A stretch of DNA of 26,971 nucleotides, from the NCBI GenBank assembly GCA_045046875.1, contig JASFYY010000051.1, forward strand, positions 1 through 26,971. The letters run 5' to 3'. The notes under the pieces were generated by a model. It searched no databases and had not been told where the DNA came from. It saw only the letters and a list, made by a program, of their open reading frames with translations. The position numbers and the translations under genes are program-made. Positions within the stretch are counted from its first letter, which is position 1. Each line of letters opens with the position of its first letter. The stretch is from Verrucomicrobiota bacterium (GTDB lineage Bacteria; Verrucomicrobiota; Verrucomicrobiia; Verrucomicrobiales; DEV007). This document shows, piece by piece, positions 15,812 to 25,130 of this stretch.

Positions 15812-18613
15812 ATGCCTTCCGCCAACAGCAAAAACCATCTCAAAAAAGTCCGCGCTCACGCTGCCAAAGAGCTCGTGCCTTTGCGCAAAAAAGCGCGCAC
15901 CAAAAAACAACTGTTGGCTCTCTACCGCCGTTTCATCAAAATTGAAAACCACCGCATCAAGCTCGCCCACAAAGCCGGTGGTGGGGGACTGGAAATCGGC
16001 CAACAGCGCTCGGTGCTGATCGATCTTGTACTCAATGACCTCTTCGATGCCACTGGCGAAAAGCGTTTCACCTCCACCCCGACTGACAAAAACAACTTCC
16101 CCATCGCCCTCGTAGCCACGGGAGGTTACGGCCGCGGAGCCCTGAACCCGGGCAGTGATATCGACCTACTTTTCCTACTGCCGGACAAAACCAAAAAAAT
16201 ACCTGATGAACTGGCTGACTTCATCGAGCAGATCCTGCTCATGCTCTATGATGTGGGGTTCAAAGTCGGACACGCCGTGCGCACCGCTAACGAAACCCTC
16301 AAATTCGCCAACGAAGATCACCACACCCGCACCGCCCTGCTCGACGCCCGTTTTGTCGCCGGCAACGAAACTCTCTACGATTCTTTTTATCAGGCTTTTG
16401 TCAAACAATGTGTGACAGGCCACCAGAATGCCTACCTCGCATCTCGTGCCGCCGATATTCGCAAGCGTTACAAAAAATACGAACGCACCGTTTACCTACA
16501 GGAGCCCAACGTAAAAGAAAGCTGTGGAGCCTTACGCGACTACCACAACATGCACTGGGTGCTGTTCATGAAAACCCAGTCCAAAAAACTCAAGGATCTG
16601 GTGAAAATGCGCGTGCTCACCCGCCCGGCCGTCAAGGAGGCTGAGGCCGCCTTCGAGTTCCTGATGAGGGTACGCAACTCGATGCATTACAACCAGCGCC
16701 GCCCCGGCGACAAACTCACCTTGCGCCTGCAAGGTGTCGTAGCCAAGGATCTCGGTTATCCCGAACGCACCATCCTACGCCGCATCGAATCCTTCATGCG
16801 GGATTATTACATCCACACCCGCAATCTTTACAATTACTGCACCACCGTCATGCAGATTTTCGAACTGGAGGTCGAAGATGAAGTAACCGCTCCTTCCAGA
16901 CTGCTCGGTTTCCTCACCCGGCGACAAAAGAAAATCGAACGTTTCGACGGCTTCAACAGCAAGGGCGACGGCTTGCTCTACCCTGACCGCGACAGCATTT
17001 ACAGCGAGGATCCCCACCGCATGATGCGCACCTTCGTGCATCTGCAAAAACGCCATCTGAAGCTCAGCCCCAAACTGCGCAAACTTTTCAAAACCCACTA
17101 CAGCCTCATTGACCGCACCTTTCGCTACTCCAAAGCTAATCGCGAAACTTTCGAAGAGATCCTGATGCACCGCGGCGACGTGGCCCGGGTGCTGCGTGCG
17201 ATGCACCGGGTGGGATTCCTTGGTCGTTACCTACCGGAATTCGGCGCACTGGACTGCCTGGTGCAGCATGAGTTTTTCCATCAGTACACCGCCGACGAAC
17301 ACACCCTTCGCTGCATCGAAGAAGCCGATGCCCTGGCCAGTTCGGATAACCCCAAAGCTGCTTTTTTCCAGGATCTCTTCCGTCATTTGGAAGACCCTTA
17401 CATCCTCTATCTGGCTCTCATTTTACACGACACGGGTCGTGCAGCCAACGTGCGCCAACACGCTGACGCCTCGACCCTGCTGGCTTCCAAAGTTTGCAAC
17501 CGTCTGCAAATCACCAGCAATCGCAGACGCCGCCTGCTGTTCCTAGTCGATCACCACCTCACCTTTTGGCGCACCGCCACCACCAAGAACATCGACGACC
17601 CCAGTGTGGTGGCCGAGTTTGCTTCGGTCATTCGTTACCCATCCTACCTGAAGGTGCTGTTCCTGTTCACCTACGTAGATTCCAAAGGCACCAACGCCGA
17701 GGGATGGAACGACTGGAAGGAATCCTTGATGATGCGCCTCTACCGCTCCACCTGCGCCTACTTCGACGACCAGGAAGCCTTCAGTGCCAAAGCTACCCGC
17801 TCCAGTGACGAACTGAAAAAACGCGTCGTCACAAAACTGCCTGACCGCTACAGCGAAGAAATCGACGCCCATTTCCGCACCATGCCTGAACGTTATTTCC
17901 GCTTCCGCGGATCAGATAGCGTCGTACGACATATCAAACACTTTCACCAGTTTTTCAAACGACTGGGCAAAGAGGGAGCCGATACCATCGCACCGATTAT
18001 ACAGTGGCAGGCCCGACCCGGCGAAGGTTACTCCCTGCTCGAAGTTTGCTGTTGGGATCGCCACTTGTTACTCGCCAAAGTTGCCGGAGCCCTGGCTTCA
18101 AGGAACATCAACATCCTCAGCGCAGACATCTACACCCGCACGGACAATCTGGTGATTGATATTTTTCGCGTCTGCACCACCGACTTCCAACCGATCACTT
18201 CCGCACGAGATATCAAAGCCGTGGAAAAACTGGTCGACGAGGAGTTTGATGTCAGCAAACCTTTCACCGACTTCCATACCCTGATCGAAAAGTTTCAAAA
18301 AAACTCACGTTACCGCAACGTCGAATCTGTTTTCGAATTGCCTCAGCGGGCTTTTGTTTCAAATGAACTCAGCAGCGACCACACCGTGCTGGAAATCCAG
18401 GTTCAGGACCGCATCGGTCTTCTCTACGATGTTTTCTCGGTGATTGGCAAACTGAAAATCGACATCGTTCATGCCCGCATCTCCACCCAACAAGGAGCCG
18501 CCATCGATACCTTTTACCTTGCCGATGAAGCCAGCGGAGGAAAAATCGAAGACCCCAAACGCCTCAAGAAAATTGGCAAAGTTATCAGAAAAACCTTAAA
18601 TCTGAAAGACTAA
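15812..18613 (+). CDS. glnD: [Protein-PII] uridylyltransferase / uridylyl-removing enzyme
   Basis: Nucleotidyltransferase motif GGYGRGALNPGSDIDL, EPNVKESCGALRD, HQYTADEHTL, HD motif LHDTGR, and two C-terminal ACT domains (DRHLLL; QDRIGLLYD). Confidence 0.96.
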   Translation: MPSANSKNHLKKVRAHAAKELVPLRKKARTKKQLLALYRRFIKIENHRIKLAHKAGGGGLEIGQQRSVLIDLVLNDLFDATGEKRFTSTPTDKNNFPIALVATGGYGRGALNPGSDIDLLFLLPDKTKKIPDELADFIEQILLMLYDVGFKVGHAVRTANETLKFANEDHHTRTALLDARFVAGNETLYDSFYQAFVKQCVTGHQNAYLASRAADIRKRYKKYERTVYLQEPNVKESCGALRDYHNMHWVLFMKTQSKKLKDLVKMRVLTRPAVKEAEAAFEFLMRVRNSMHYNQRRPGDKLTLRLQGVVAKDLGYPERTILRRIESFMRDYYIHTRNLYNYCTTVMQIFELEVEDEVTAPSRLLGFLTRRQKKIERFDGFNSKGDGLLYPDRDSIYSEDPHRMMRTFVHLQKRHLKLSPKLRKLFKTHYSLIDRTFRYSKANRETFEEILMHRGDVARVLRAMHRVGFLGRYLPEFGALDCLVQHEFFHQYTADEHTLRCIEEADALASSDNPKAAFFQDLFRHLEDPYILYLALILHDTGRAANVRQHADASTLLASKVCNRLQITSNRRRRLLFLVDHHLTFWRTATTKNIDDPSVVAEFASVIRYPSYLKVLFLFTYVDSKGTNAEGWNDWKESLMMRLYRSTCAYFDDQEAFSAKATRSSDELKKRVVTKLPDRYSEEIDAHFRTMPERYFRFRGSDSVVRHIKHFHQFFKRLGKEGADTIAPIIQWQARPGEGYSLLEVCCWDRHLLLAKVAGALASRNINILSADIYTRTDNLVIDIFRVCTTDFQPITSARDIKAVEKLVDEEFDVSKPFTDFHTLIEKFQKNSRYRNVESVFELPQRAFVSNELSSDHTVLEIQVQDRIGLLYDVFSVIGKLKIDIVHARISTQQGAAIDTFYLADEASGGKIEDPKRLKKIGKVIRKTLNLKD

Positions 18614-18674
18614 CAAGCAGCCAACTCACCAGTAAAACAAATTTCCATATTTGTTAACCCCACGCTCCCGTACC

Positions 18675-18703
18675 TAGACAAAAACGAAGTTCTCTCCTAC
18701 ACT
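18675..18703 (+). promoter_or_regulatory. Putative sigma70-type promoter for the alpha/beta hydrolase gene
   Basis: TAGACA (18675-18680), 17 nt, TACACT (18698-18703), ending 9 nt before the ATG at 18713. Confidence 0.55.
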
Positions 18704-18712
18704 GCCACCACA

Positions 18713-19615
18713 ATGAAATGGCTAAAAAAACTCCTGAAAGTCACCGCCCTGCTGCTATTAATGGGCGCTGTTTCCATTGGCCTGATTTGGTGGTACGTCA
18801 GCCCTGATTTGGATCATGTCAAAAAGGTCATCTACAGCCAGCGCCACGGCCAGGACTTGAGCTACGACATCCTCCACCCCGCCAATAAAGATGACCGTAA
18901 TCACCGCGCCATCATTCTCATCAACAGCGGCAGTTGGAAATCCGATCCCGGCGAGGATCGCAAACTTCTCGCCGCTCCTTTAATCCGCCACGGTTACTCC
19001 GTATTTGTGCTCTCCCACCTGTCACAACCTAAAGCCACCGTGATGGAGATCATCGAAGACATCAATCGAGCCGTCCGCCATATCCGCTACCATGCCAAGG
19101 ACTACGGCATCGATGCCGCCCACATCGGCGTCACCGGCGGCAGTTCCGGCGGACACATATCCCTGATGCTCGCCACCCTCGGTGGCCCCGGCGCTAGTGA
19201 CGCCCCCGATCCGATCGACCGGCAAAGCAGTGCGGTTCAAGCCGCCGCCGTTTTTTTTCCAGTCACCGACCTGCTCAACCTCGGCAAATCCACCGAGAAT
19301 CCCGGGGACGGCGGGCCGCCCAAAAGTTACGTCAAAGCTTTTGGCCCCCGTTCCTTGGAACTGCCGATATGGAAAGTCACCGGACGCAGCATGTCTCCCA
19401 TCTTCCACATCGACTCCAAGCTTCCTCCCATTCTCATTCACCATGGTGATGCCGACACCTTGGTACCACTCGACCAATCCCAGCGCTTTCAAATCGAAGC
19501 CGAAAAAGCAGGCAAACCCGTCAGTCTAGTGATCCGTCCCGGCAAAAAACACGGTTGGATCACCATGTTCATCGACATTATTCAGTTTACCAATTGGTTT
19601 GATGAAAATTTATGA
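18713..19615 (+). CDS. Alpha/beta hydrolase (esterase, BD-FAE-like) with N-terminal membrane anchor
   Basis: Nucleophile elbow GGSSGGH, acid in HGDADTLVP, His in KKHGW, and a hydrophobic N-terminal segment. Confidence 0.9.
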   Translation: MKWLKKLLKVTALLLLMGAVSIGLIWWYVSPDLDHVKKVIYSQRHGQDLSYDILHPANKDDRNHRAIILINSGSWKSDPGEDRKLLAAPLIRHGYSVFVLSHLSQPKATVMEIIEDINRAVRHIRYHAKDYGIDAAHIGVTGGSSGGHISLMLATLGGPGASDAPDPIDRQSSAVQAAAVFFPVTDLLNLGKSTENPGDGGPPKSYVKAFGPRSLELPIWKVTGRSMSPIFHIDSKLPPILIHHGDADTLVPLDQSQRFQIEAEKAGKPVSLVIRPGKKHGWITMFIDIIQFTNWFDENL

Positions 19616-19654
19616 AACGGCTTGCCCAAACGGGTAAGATTAAGGGTCGCGGCC

Positions 19655-20533
19655 CTAGTGCTTTGCATTCATTAACGGATCCAGGAATTTATACAATTCT
19701 ACTGTCGCCGGATCATCCGGCACACCAAGATCATTGTTCAAGCTACTGTGATTGGAGTCCTTTTTGCCAAAAGCTCTCGCAGGAATCCCCGCTTCTTTCA
19801 ATACCGAGGCAAAATGCCGCGCCTGGGTAGCTGTATTCGGATTGCCAGAAAAATACAACAACAGGAAAGGCGGAATTCCCTTGTCTTTTTTGACATGAGT
19901 AACCGGCGAAAAGTCCACATGCTTCACCGGGTCGTTACTGAATTTTTGACGGTGACCCGCAGTAGGCTGCGCCAATCCATACAAAGCCTGGCGCAGTTCG
20001 GCCGTCATGATGATCTTAGGAATATCATAGGTATCCCCATCCACCGGCACACAACCCTTGAGAACATCAAAGGGAACACCCTGCTCTTTCAATAAACGGT
20101 CATCGGTGCAGATAATCGCTGCCAACTGAGCCCCCGAAGAATGTCCTCCAACAAAAATTCGTGTCGGATCACCTCCGTATTGAGCGATGTTCTTGTGCGT
20201 CCAGGCAAAGGCCTTAGCGACATCACGAATCAAAACGTCCATCTCCACATCTGGCCATAGACGGTGATTGATCGATACAAAAACAAATCCTCTGTCAGTC
20301 AGCACCTTAGGTTTCAACGCAACCCTGGTCTTATCACCTGCCCGCCAACCTCCCCCATGAATCCAGAACATCACCGGCAGTTTTTCATCCGTCTTTTTTT
20401 CAGGGGTGTAAACATCGAGAATTTGGCGTTCATGACCATCCTTCACATAGGGAATATCGGATTCCAAATTCTGCGCCTGGGCGATAGACAGGAATAACAC
20501 AAAAACGGCAAGGGCAGAGATACTTTGTTTCAT
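19655..20533 (-). CDS. Secreted alpha/beta hydrolase (HGGG-type carboxylesterase)
   Basis: Signal peptide ending AQA, oxyanion motif IHGGGW, nucleophile GHSSGA and C-terminal NH. Confidence 0.9.
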   Translation of the reverse strand: MKQSISALAVFVLFLSIAQAQNLESDIPYVKDGHERQILDVYTPEKKTDEKLPVMFWIHGGGWRAGDKTRVALKPKVLTDRGFVFVSINHRLWPDVEMDVLIRDVAKAFAWTHKNIAQYGGDPTRIFVGGHSSGAQLAAIICTDDRLLKEQGVPFDVLKGCVPVDGDTYDIPKIIMTAELRQALYGLAQPTAGHRQKFSNDPVKHVDFSPVTHVKKDKGIPPFLLLYFSGNPNTATQARHFASVLKEAGIPARAFGKKDSNHSSLNNDLGVPDDPATVELYKFLDPLMNAKH

Positions 20534-20552
20534 GAGGGTAAGGGTTTGAAGA

Positions 20553-20581
20553 AAACTACAACATCACTCCCCTCTTGGCAA
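20553..20581 (-). promoter_or_regulatory. Putative sigma70-type promoter for the 20533 esterase gene
   Basis: On the minus strand: TTGCCA (20581-20576), 17 nt, TAGTTT (20558-20553). Confidence 0.5.
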
Positions 20582-20651
20582 AGTGCAACTATGTCCCGCT
20601 CTAGAATCCACCTGCTCGCAACCAGGCCAAAACCAAACCCATCCGCAACCC

Positions 20652-23600
20652 TTACCTGGCTTCCAGCGTTTTGACCGCACCTTCAGCGACCTTGCGCAAT
20701 GCGGCTCTGGCATTTTTATCAGCCATCACCACCCGGTAATCTGCCAAGGCCTCTTTTTCACGTCCCGCTTTGGTCAAAATTTCTGCCCTGACCATCCTCG
20801 ATGATTGACTCCAAACACCTTTCAGTTTTTCAATGTCCACCCGGCCAATCGTCTGCAGAGCTTCATCGAGATCACCCTGACGCATCAAAATCCGCGCCGC
20901 GTTCTGCACCGAACGAAACTCTTCCGCCGCGCCGATTTGTTTCTTCGATTCAAAGTTCTGCCGGTAGGCCTCCAGAGCGGCCTTGTCGTCTTTCAAATTT
21001 GTTTCACGATTGCTTCCCATCGTCGCCAGAATACTGCTTCGAATGCGTCTATCCGGCGTGTATTGCAAAGCCATTTTCAAATCGCTTTCGGCTTTCTCCC
21101 CTGCCTTGGTGATGGCATAGGCTCTGCCCCGGGCAAAAGCCCCGGCTCCCCGCTGCCAGAAAGGCCACTCACCTATATCCTCACTGCCAAATTGCTCGAC
21201 CAGGTCCTGCCACTTCCTCTGCGCCAGTAAATTTTCCATGCGCACGGTTTTAGCCACCGACTCAAGCGGGATCTGCCCCGCCAGTTGTTCCGCTCGTTCA
21301 TATTCTTTGAGCCTTTGTGCAGCAAGCGCAGCAAATTGCAAAGCGTCAGACTTTTGAAAATCAGAAATCCCCTTGCCTGCTGCCATCGCCACATACGCCT
21401 CCATCGCCTCTTTTGATTTTCTGGCGCGCATCAGATCGGCAGCCGCCTTACCCGCAATCAAATAATCTGTCACCGAATCATCAGCTGGGAACTGATACGA
21501 AAGCCCGGCATAAAAGTGGGCAAACTTCATCTTCTCATGAAAGCCCTTTGTTCCCGTGGGCGAAAAAGCAGAATACTCTGAGCCACTCTCACGAATGCGC
21601 TGACGACACAGATTTATAAACCACGGCAGACTCTTGGTCGGCTTGCGACCTATCACCTGATGCAGTGGATCATTTTTATCCTGCGTCACCGGAATACGAA
21701 TCTCTACGGTCCAATGATCATCGGCCACCTGGGTCGCCACTTCCGCCTGAGAACTCCAGTTGAACCAGTTGTTTCGGTTAGCCCCCCGATCGATATCGAT
21801 CAGCGCCCCGGAGGGATTCACCGCAATCTGGTAATAACTGTGTGATTCGGTCTCGAGCAATATCTCCAACGCATCGCCATACCAGATCGCTTGGTCTCCA
21901 TTTTTTGTGGTGGCCACATTGAGCTTTTCACCAGGGCGCTCTTCGCAACGAATCGCAAAATAGAGATTGTTACCTACCCAGGCCACCTTGATACTGGTGC
22001 CGTAAACCGGTTGGCGTGCCGTCTGCAGTTCACGAAAATTTCCCGTAGCAGCTAGCGAACATTTCTCCCACAAAAAATCGTCCAACTTACCATCAATCAC
22101 TATTTCCCCACGCGGTTGGCTGACCAGTCGCAGTCTCGGAACCGGACCACGTTTCTGTGACAATTGCTTGCTCTTGTCACGCAAGCTGTTGAGAAAATTA
22201 TCAATTAAAGCGATGCGTTGACCATAGATCGAATCTCCGGCCACCCCGTCTTTTGCCTTGGCAAAAAGCTCCAACGCCCTGCTGGCTTTATCCCCATCTG
22301 ATTCCATCTCCCGCCAGTTGTCCTCGCAATAGGAGAAAAAGGCGCGCATGTCATCCCCGGCCGGACCATAAAATAACTGGCAATATTCATCGAACATCGC
22401 AAGCGCATCCTGCTCCTTGCCGCCCCAATACATACGTCCGGTGAAATAGAGCAGGAAGTGATTATAACCGATGGCGTTCTCTTTGAAGTCCATCGTGATC
22501 CAGATATCCTCGCCGCGTGAAGCACCTTTGGTTTCATTGATGCTCTCCCCCATCACTTTCGGGATGTAAGCCGGCAGATAAAAACCACGACCCGTGAAAG
22601 GATAATTTTCAAAAATCTCAATCGGCCGGTCGGTCAATTTTGCCCATCCCGCGCGAAGTTGGCGCAACTCCTCCCTGGATTCGGCAGTAGGGCGACGCCC
22701 TCCGACAATGATCACCTGCACGTTGGGCTCCAATTTTTTGATATTGTCCGGAGGGTTGGTGTAGATGCCATAAGCACAATTGGAAATGCGTTTATTCGGA
22801 TGGGTTTTGCCCACCTCTTTCGCCACCCGGTTGACGAAATCCCAAACGTAGTTCGATGCCTTGCCGCGACTGCCCAGTTGCGGAGATTCCTTGCCCTCGC
22901 AAAGTTTGCACTGACAGATCGCCGAATAACCATCCGGCGGCATGATCGACACCACATCCATGTCAAAGTGATCGAGCTGGGTGCGGGCAAAAAGCACCGC
23001 TTCCTGCAGCAATTCTTCATTGGAATAACAAAGCTGGTTATTTCTCAAATTAGGGTCGATATGGCGTTTGCCCCCATAGAGAGCAAACCACTCCGGGTGA
23101 TTCTTAAAAGTCGCCTCGTTATCGGTCATGCCATGCAAACCATGCGCCGCTTGGCGCCCGTAGGGTTGTCGCGTTCCCAAGCGGAATCCCCACATCATCG
23201 CATCACGACCATACAGCCCTGCGCGGAAATTAAGAATACGCATCGGGAAATCCGGGGTCACGATTTTATCCACCTGCGGCAGGCTGATACTTTTCATCTG
23301 CGGCAAAACCTCGCCAATGTCACCCGGCATATACCAGCGCACCCCCATATCACGCAGAAAACCATCCACTGCATTAAAAGAACCACGTTCGTCGTAAGTC
23401 CACATATTCACCTTGCCGTTTTTATCAAGCTTCTGCTCTTTGTCCGTGCCAAACAGTGAGCGCGAACCACTGTAGTGTTTGTGCAATTGCCCATGCATGT
23501 ATCCCCACTGCTTGCCGGTGATTTTGTTCCAAGCCTGCTGCATTTTGCCACTGGCAATATCGTTATTACTACGCGGCCACGGTTCGATCGGGACAAAATT

Positions 23601-23951
23601 GCTGTCATCGCCGATGAACACCATCCACTGATCCCCCGAAACTATCCGGTAAGCCCCTTTCTCGAGGCCCTTGCTGGTGATGCCCAGTTGGTCGGTGTAA
23701 GGACTCTGCCCCACATAAAGTTTCACCGCCATCCCGCTACCAACCTCACTGACAATCTCCAATTTGGCTCCGGTGATTTTCTCAACGTAAGTTTGCAACT
23801 CCTGCGCCGCCAGATGAGTCGAACGCGGCGGGTCCTTGGCGATGACAATCTCCGCCTTGGCCTTGCCATTTTCGACGATGAAAGAATCTGCGGCTGCCAG
23901 CGGCAACAGTGACAAACAGAAGGTTAAAATAAGGATCCAGTAAGTTTTCAT
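20652..23951 (-). CDS. Secreted DUF4838 domain protein with CBM9-like and TPR-like domains
   Basis: Signal peptide; N-terminal AAQELQTYVEKITGAKL (GH20/GH67-type domain 2); GVRWYMPG, HPEWFAL and CQCKLC typical of DUF4838; IDGKLDD..W and WTVEIRIP (CBM9-like); Ala-rich helical repeats at the C-terminus. Confidence 0.8.
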   Translation of the reverse strand: MKTYWILILTFCLSLLPLAAADSFIVENGKAKAEIVIAKDPPRSTHLAAQELQTYVEKITGAKLEIVSEVGSGMAVKLYVGQSPYTDQLGITSKGLEKGAYRIVSGDQWMVFIGDDSNFVPIEPWPRSNNDIASGKMQQAWNKITGKQWGYMHGQLHKHYSGSRSLFGTDKEQKLDKNGKVNMWTYDERGSFNAVDGFLRDMGVRWYMPGDIGEVLPQMKSISLPQVDKIVTPDFPMRILNFRAGLYGRDAMMWGFRLGTRQPYGRQAAHGLHGMTDNEATFKNHPEWFALYGGKRHIDPNLRNNQLCYSNEELLQEAVLFARTQLDHFDMDVVSIMPPDGYSAICQCKLCEGKESPQLGSRGKASNYVWDFVNRVAKEVGKTHPNKRISNCAYGIYTNPPDNIKKLEPNVQVIIVGGRRPTAESREELRQLRAGWAKLTDRPIEIFENYPFTGRGFYLPAYIPKVMGESINETKGASRGEDIWITMDFKENAIGYNHFLLYFTGRMYWGGKEQDALAMFDEYCQLFYGPAGDDMRAFFSYCEDNWREMESDGDKASRALELFAKAKDGVAGDSIYGQRIALIDNFLNSLRDKSKQLSQKRGPVPRLRLVSQPRGEIVIDGKLDDFLWEKCSLAATGNFRELQTARQPVYGTSIKVAWVGNNLYFAIRCEERPGEKLNVATTKNGDQAIWYGDALEILLETESHSYYQIAVNPSGALIDIDRGANRNNWFNWSSQAEVATQVADDHWTVEIRIPVTQDKNDPLHQVIGRKPTKSLPWFINLCRQRIRESGSEYSAFSPTGTKGFHEKMKFAHFYAGLSYQFPADDSVTDYLIAGKAAADLMRARKSKEAMEAYVAMAAGKGISDFQKSDALQFAALAAQRLKEYERAEQLAGQIPLESVAKTVRMENLLAQRKWQDLVEQFGSEDIGEWPFWQRGAGAFARGRAYAITKAGEKAESDLKMALQYTPDRRIRSSILATMGSNRETNLKDDKAALEAYRQNFESKKQIGAAEEFRSVQNAARILMRQGDLDEALQTIGRVDIEKLKGVWSQSSRMVRAEILTKAGREKEALADYRVVMADKNARAALRKVAEGAVKTLEAR

Positions 23952-23955
23952 AATT

Positions 23956-25065
23956 CTATTTTTTCTTCAGGGCTTGCCAAACGCTGGCGCCCATGTGGTA
24001 ACCGTCATAATCAGGAGTTTTGCGAGCATACCAGGCGGTCACAATTTTGCCATTTTTCAGTTGCACACTGGAAGGATAACCGCAATCAGCCTTGTCTTCG
24101 GCATCAGCGATGCGCAAAACCGGGCCCCAGGTCTTGCCTTCGTCCTGACTCAATTTCGCACAAACTCCTCGTCTGCCGTCTATCCTCACCCCATAAGTCA
24201 AAAGCAAACGCCCGTCCTTCAATCGACTCAAATGACCGTTGATCTCATTCGTCGCCGTGACACCCCGGGCTTCGCTCCAAGTCACTCCATTGTCCTCGCT
24301 GCGAATCAGATCCACTCCTCGATTCCTCGCTGCCGCCAGCCACTGCCCGCCCCCAAGTGGAAAGATATCCGTCTCGTTGTGCTGCGGGCCAATGATCGAA
24401 ACCGCCTGCCAAGTCCGCCCATCATCATCGCTGCGGAAGTGCCACGAACGCCAGTTTTTGGTTCGGGTATTCACCGTCGGGTCCACATACTTGCCCTGAT
24501 ACGTGGACGTATGCAAAGCCCCATCCGCGCCCTGCCAAATGTCACCAAAAGGAATGTGATTGGTCCAGCCCTCTTCAACCGAGGGGAACTCCTCACGTTT
24601 TTCCCAAGTCCGGCCTCCATCTGCTGAACGCATGACCCACGGCCGCAGAATATCATCCCGAAACGCCGCCTGTTTGGGGCGTTGGGACTGTTTCACATTG
24701 CTCCACCCAGAGCACAATACAATGAGGTCCCCGTTTTTTGCCAACCCGGCAGCGTGATTCATACGGTTCGTATTAGGAGCGTGACGAGTGACCGTCGAGC
24801 GCTTTTCCCAAGTCAGCCCATCCTTACTGGCATAACAATCAACATCCGCCTCACGACTGCCATGGCTTCCGCCATTGTGAAAAACGGCGAGTATGCTTCC
24901 ATCCGGCATCAGGGTCAAATTTGGCCAGGCGCACACCCCCTTCACCGCCACCACCGAGTGCAACTCGCCGGGTCTGGTTTCAACCGGCGACGTTTTGGTC
25001 TCCGCCGTCTGCCCGGTTTCGAGAATCAAACCCACCAAACCAACCAACCAAAGTGAATACTTCAT
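23956..25065 (-). CDS. BNR/Asp-box beta-propeller, sialidase-like protein
   Basis: Five Asp-box motifs (SKDGLTW, SADGGRTW, SDDDGRTW, SEDNGVTW, SQDEGKTW) and GYPS. Start is probably the ATG at 25065 (MKYSLWLVGL...); the alternative is 25101. Confidence 0.85.
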   Translation of the reverse strand: MKYSLWLVGLVGLILETGQTAETKTSPVETRPGELHSVVAVKGVCAWPNLTLMPDGSILAVFHNGGSHGSREADVDCYASKDGLTWEKRSTVTRHAPNTNRMNHAAGLAKNGDLIVLCSGWSNVKQSQRPKQAAFRDDILRPWVMRSADGGRTWEKREEFPSVEEGWTNHIPFGDIWQGADGALHTSTYQGKYVDPTVNTRTKNWRSWHFRSDDDGRTWQAVSIIGPQHNETDIFPLGGGQWLAAARNRGVDLIRSEDNGVTWSEARGVTATNEINGHLSRLKDGRLLLTYGVRIDGRRGVCAKLSQDEGKTWGPVLRIADAEDKADCGYPSSVQLKNGKIVTAWYARKTPDYDGYHMGASVWQALKKK

Positions 25066-25130
25066 CCTGGATCCAGGTGATAATAAATTAAATTTTTGCA
25101 TACTCTGTTAGGTTTTTCTTCAATTGCTTT

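Noticed and set aside
15773..16003. 76-aa minus-strand ORF ending RIQELEFRS
   Set aside because: It is antisense to glnD, and its tail is just the translation of the heptamer repeat.
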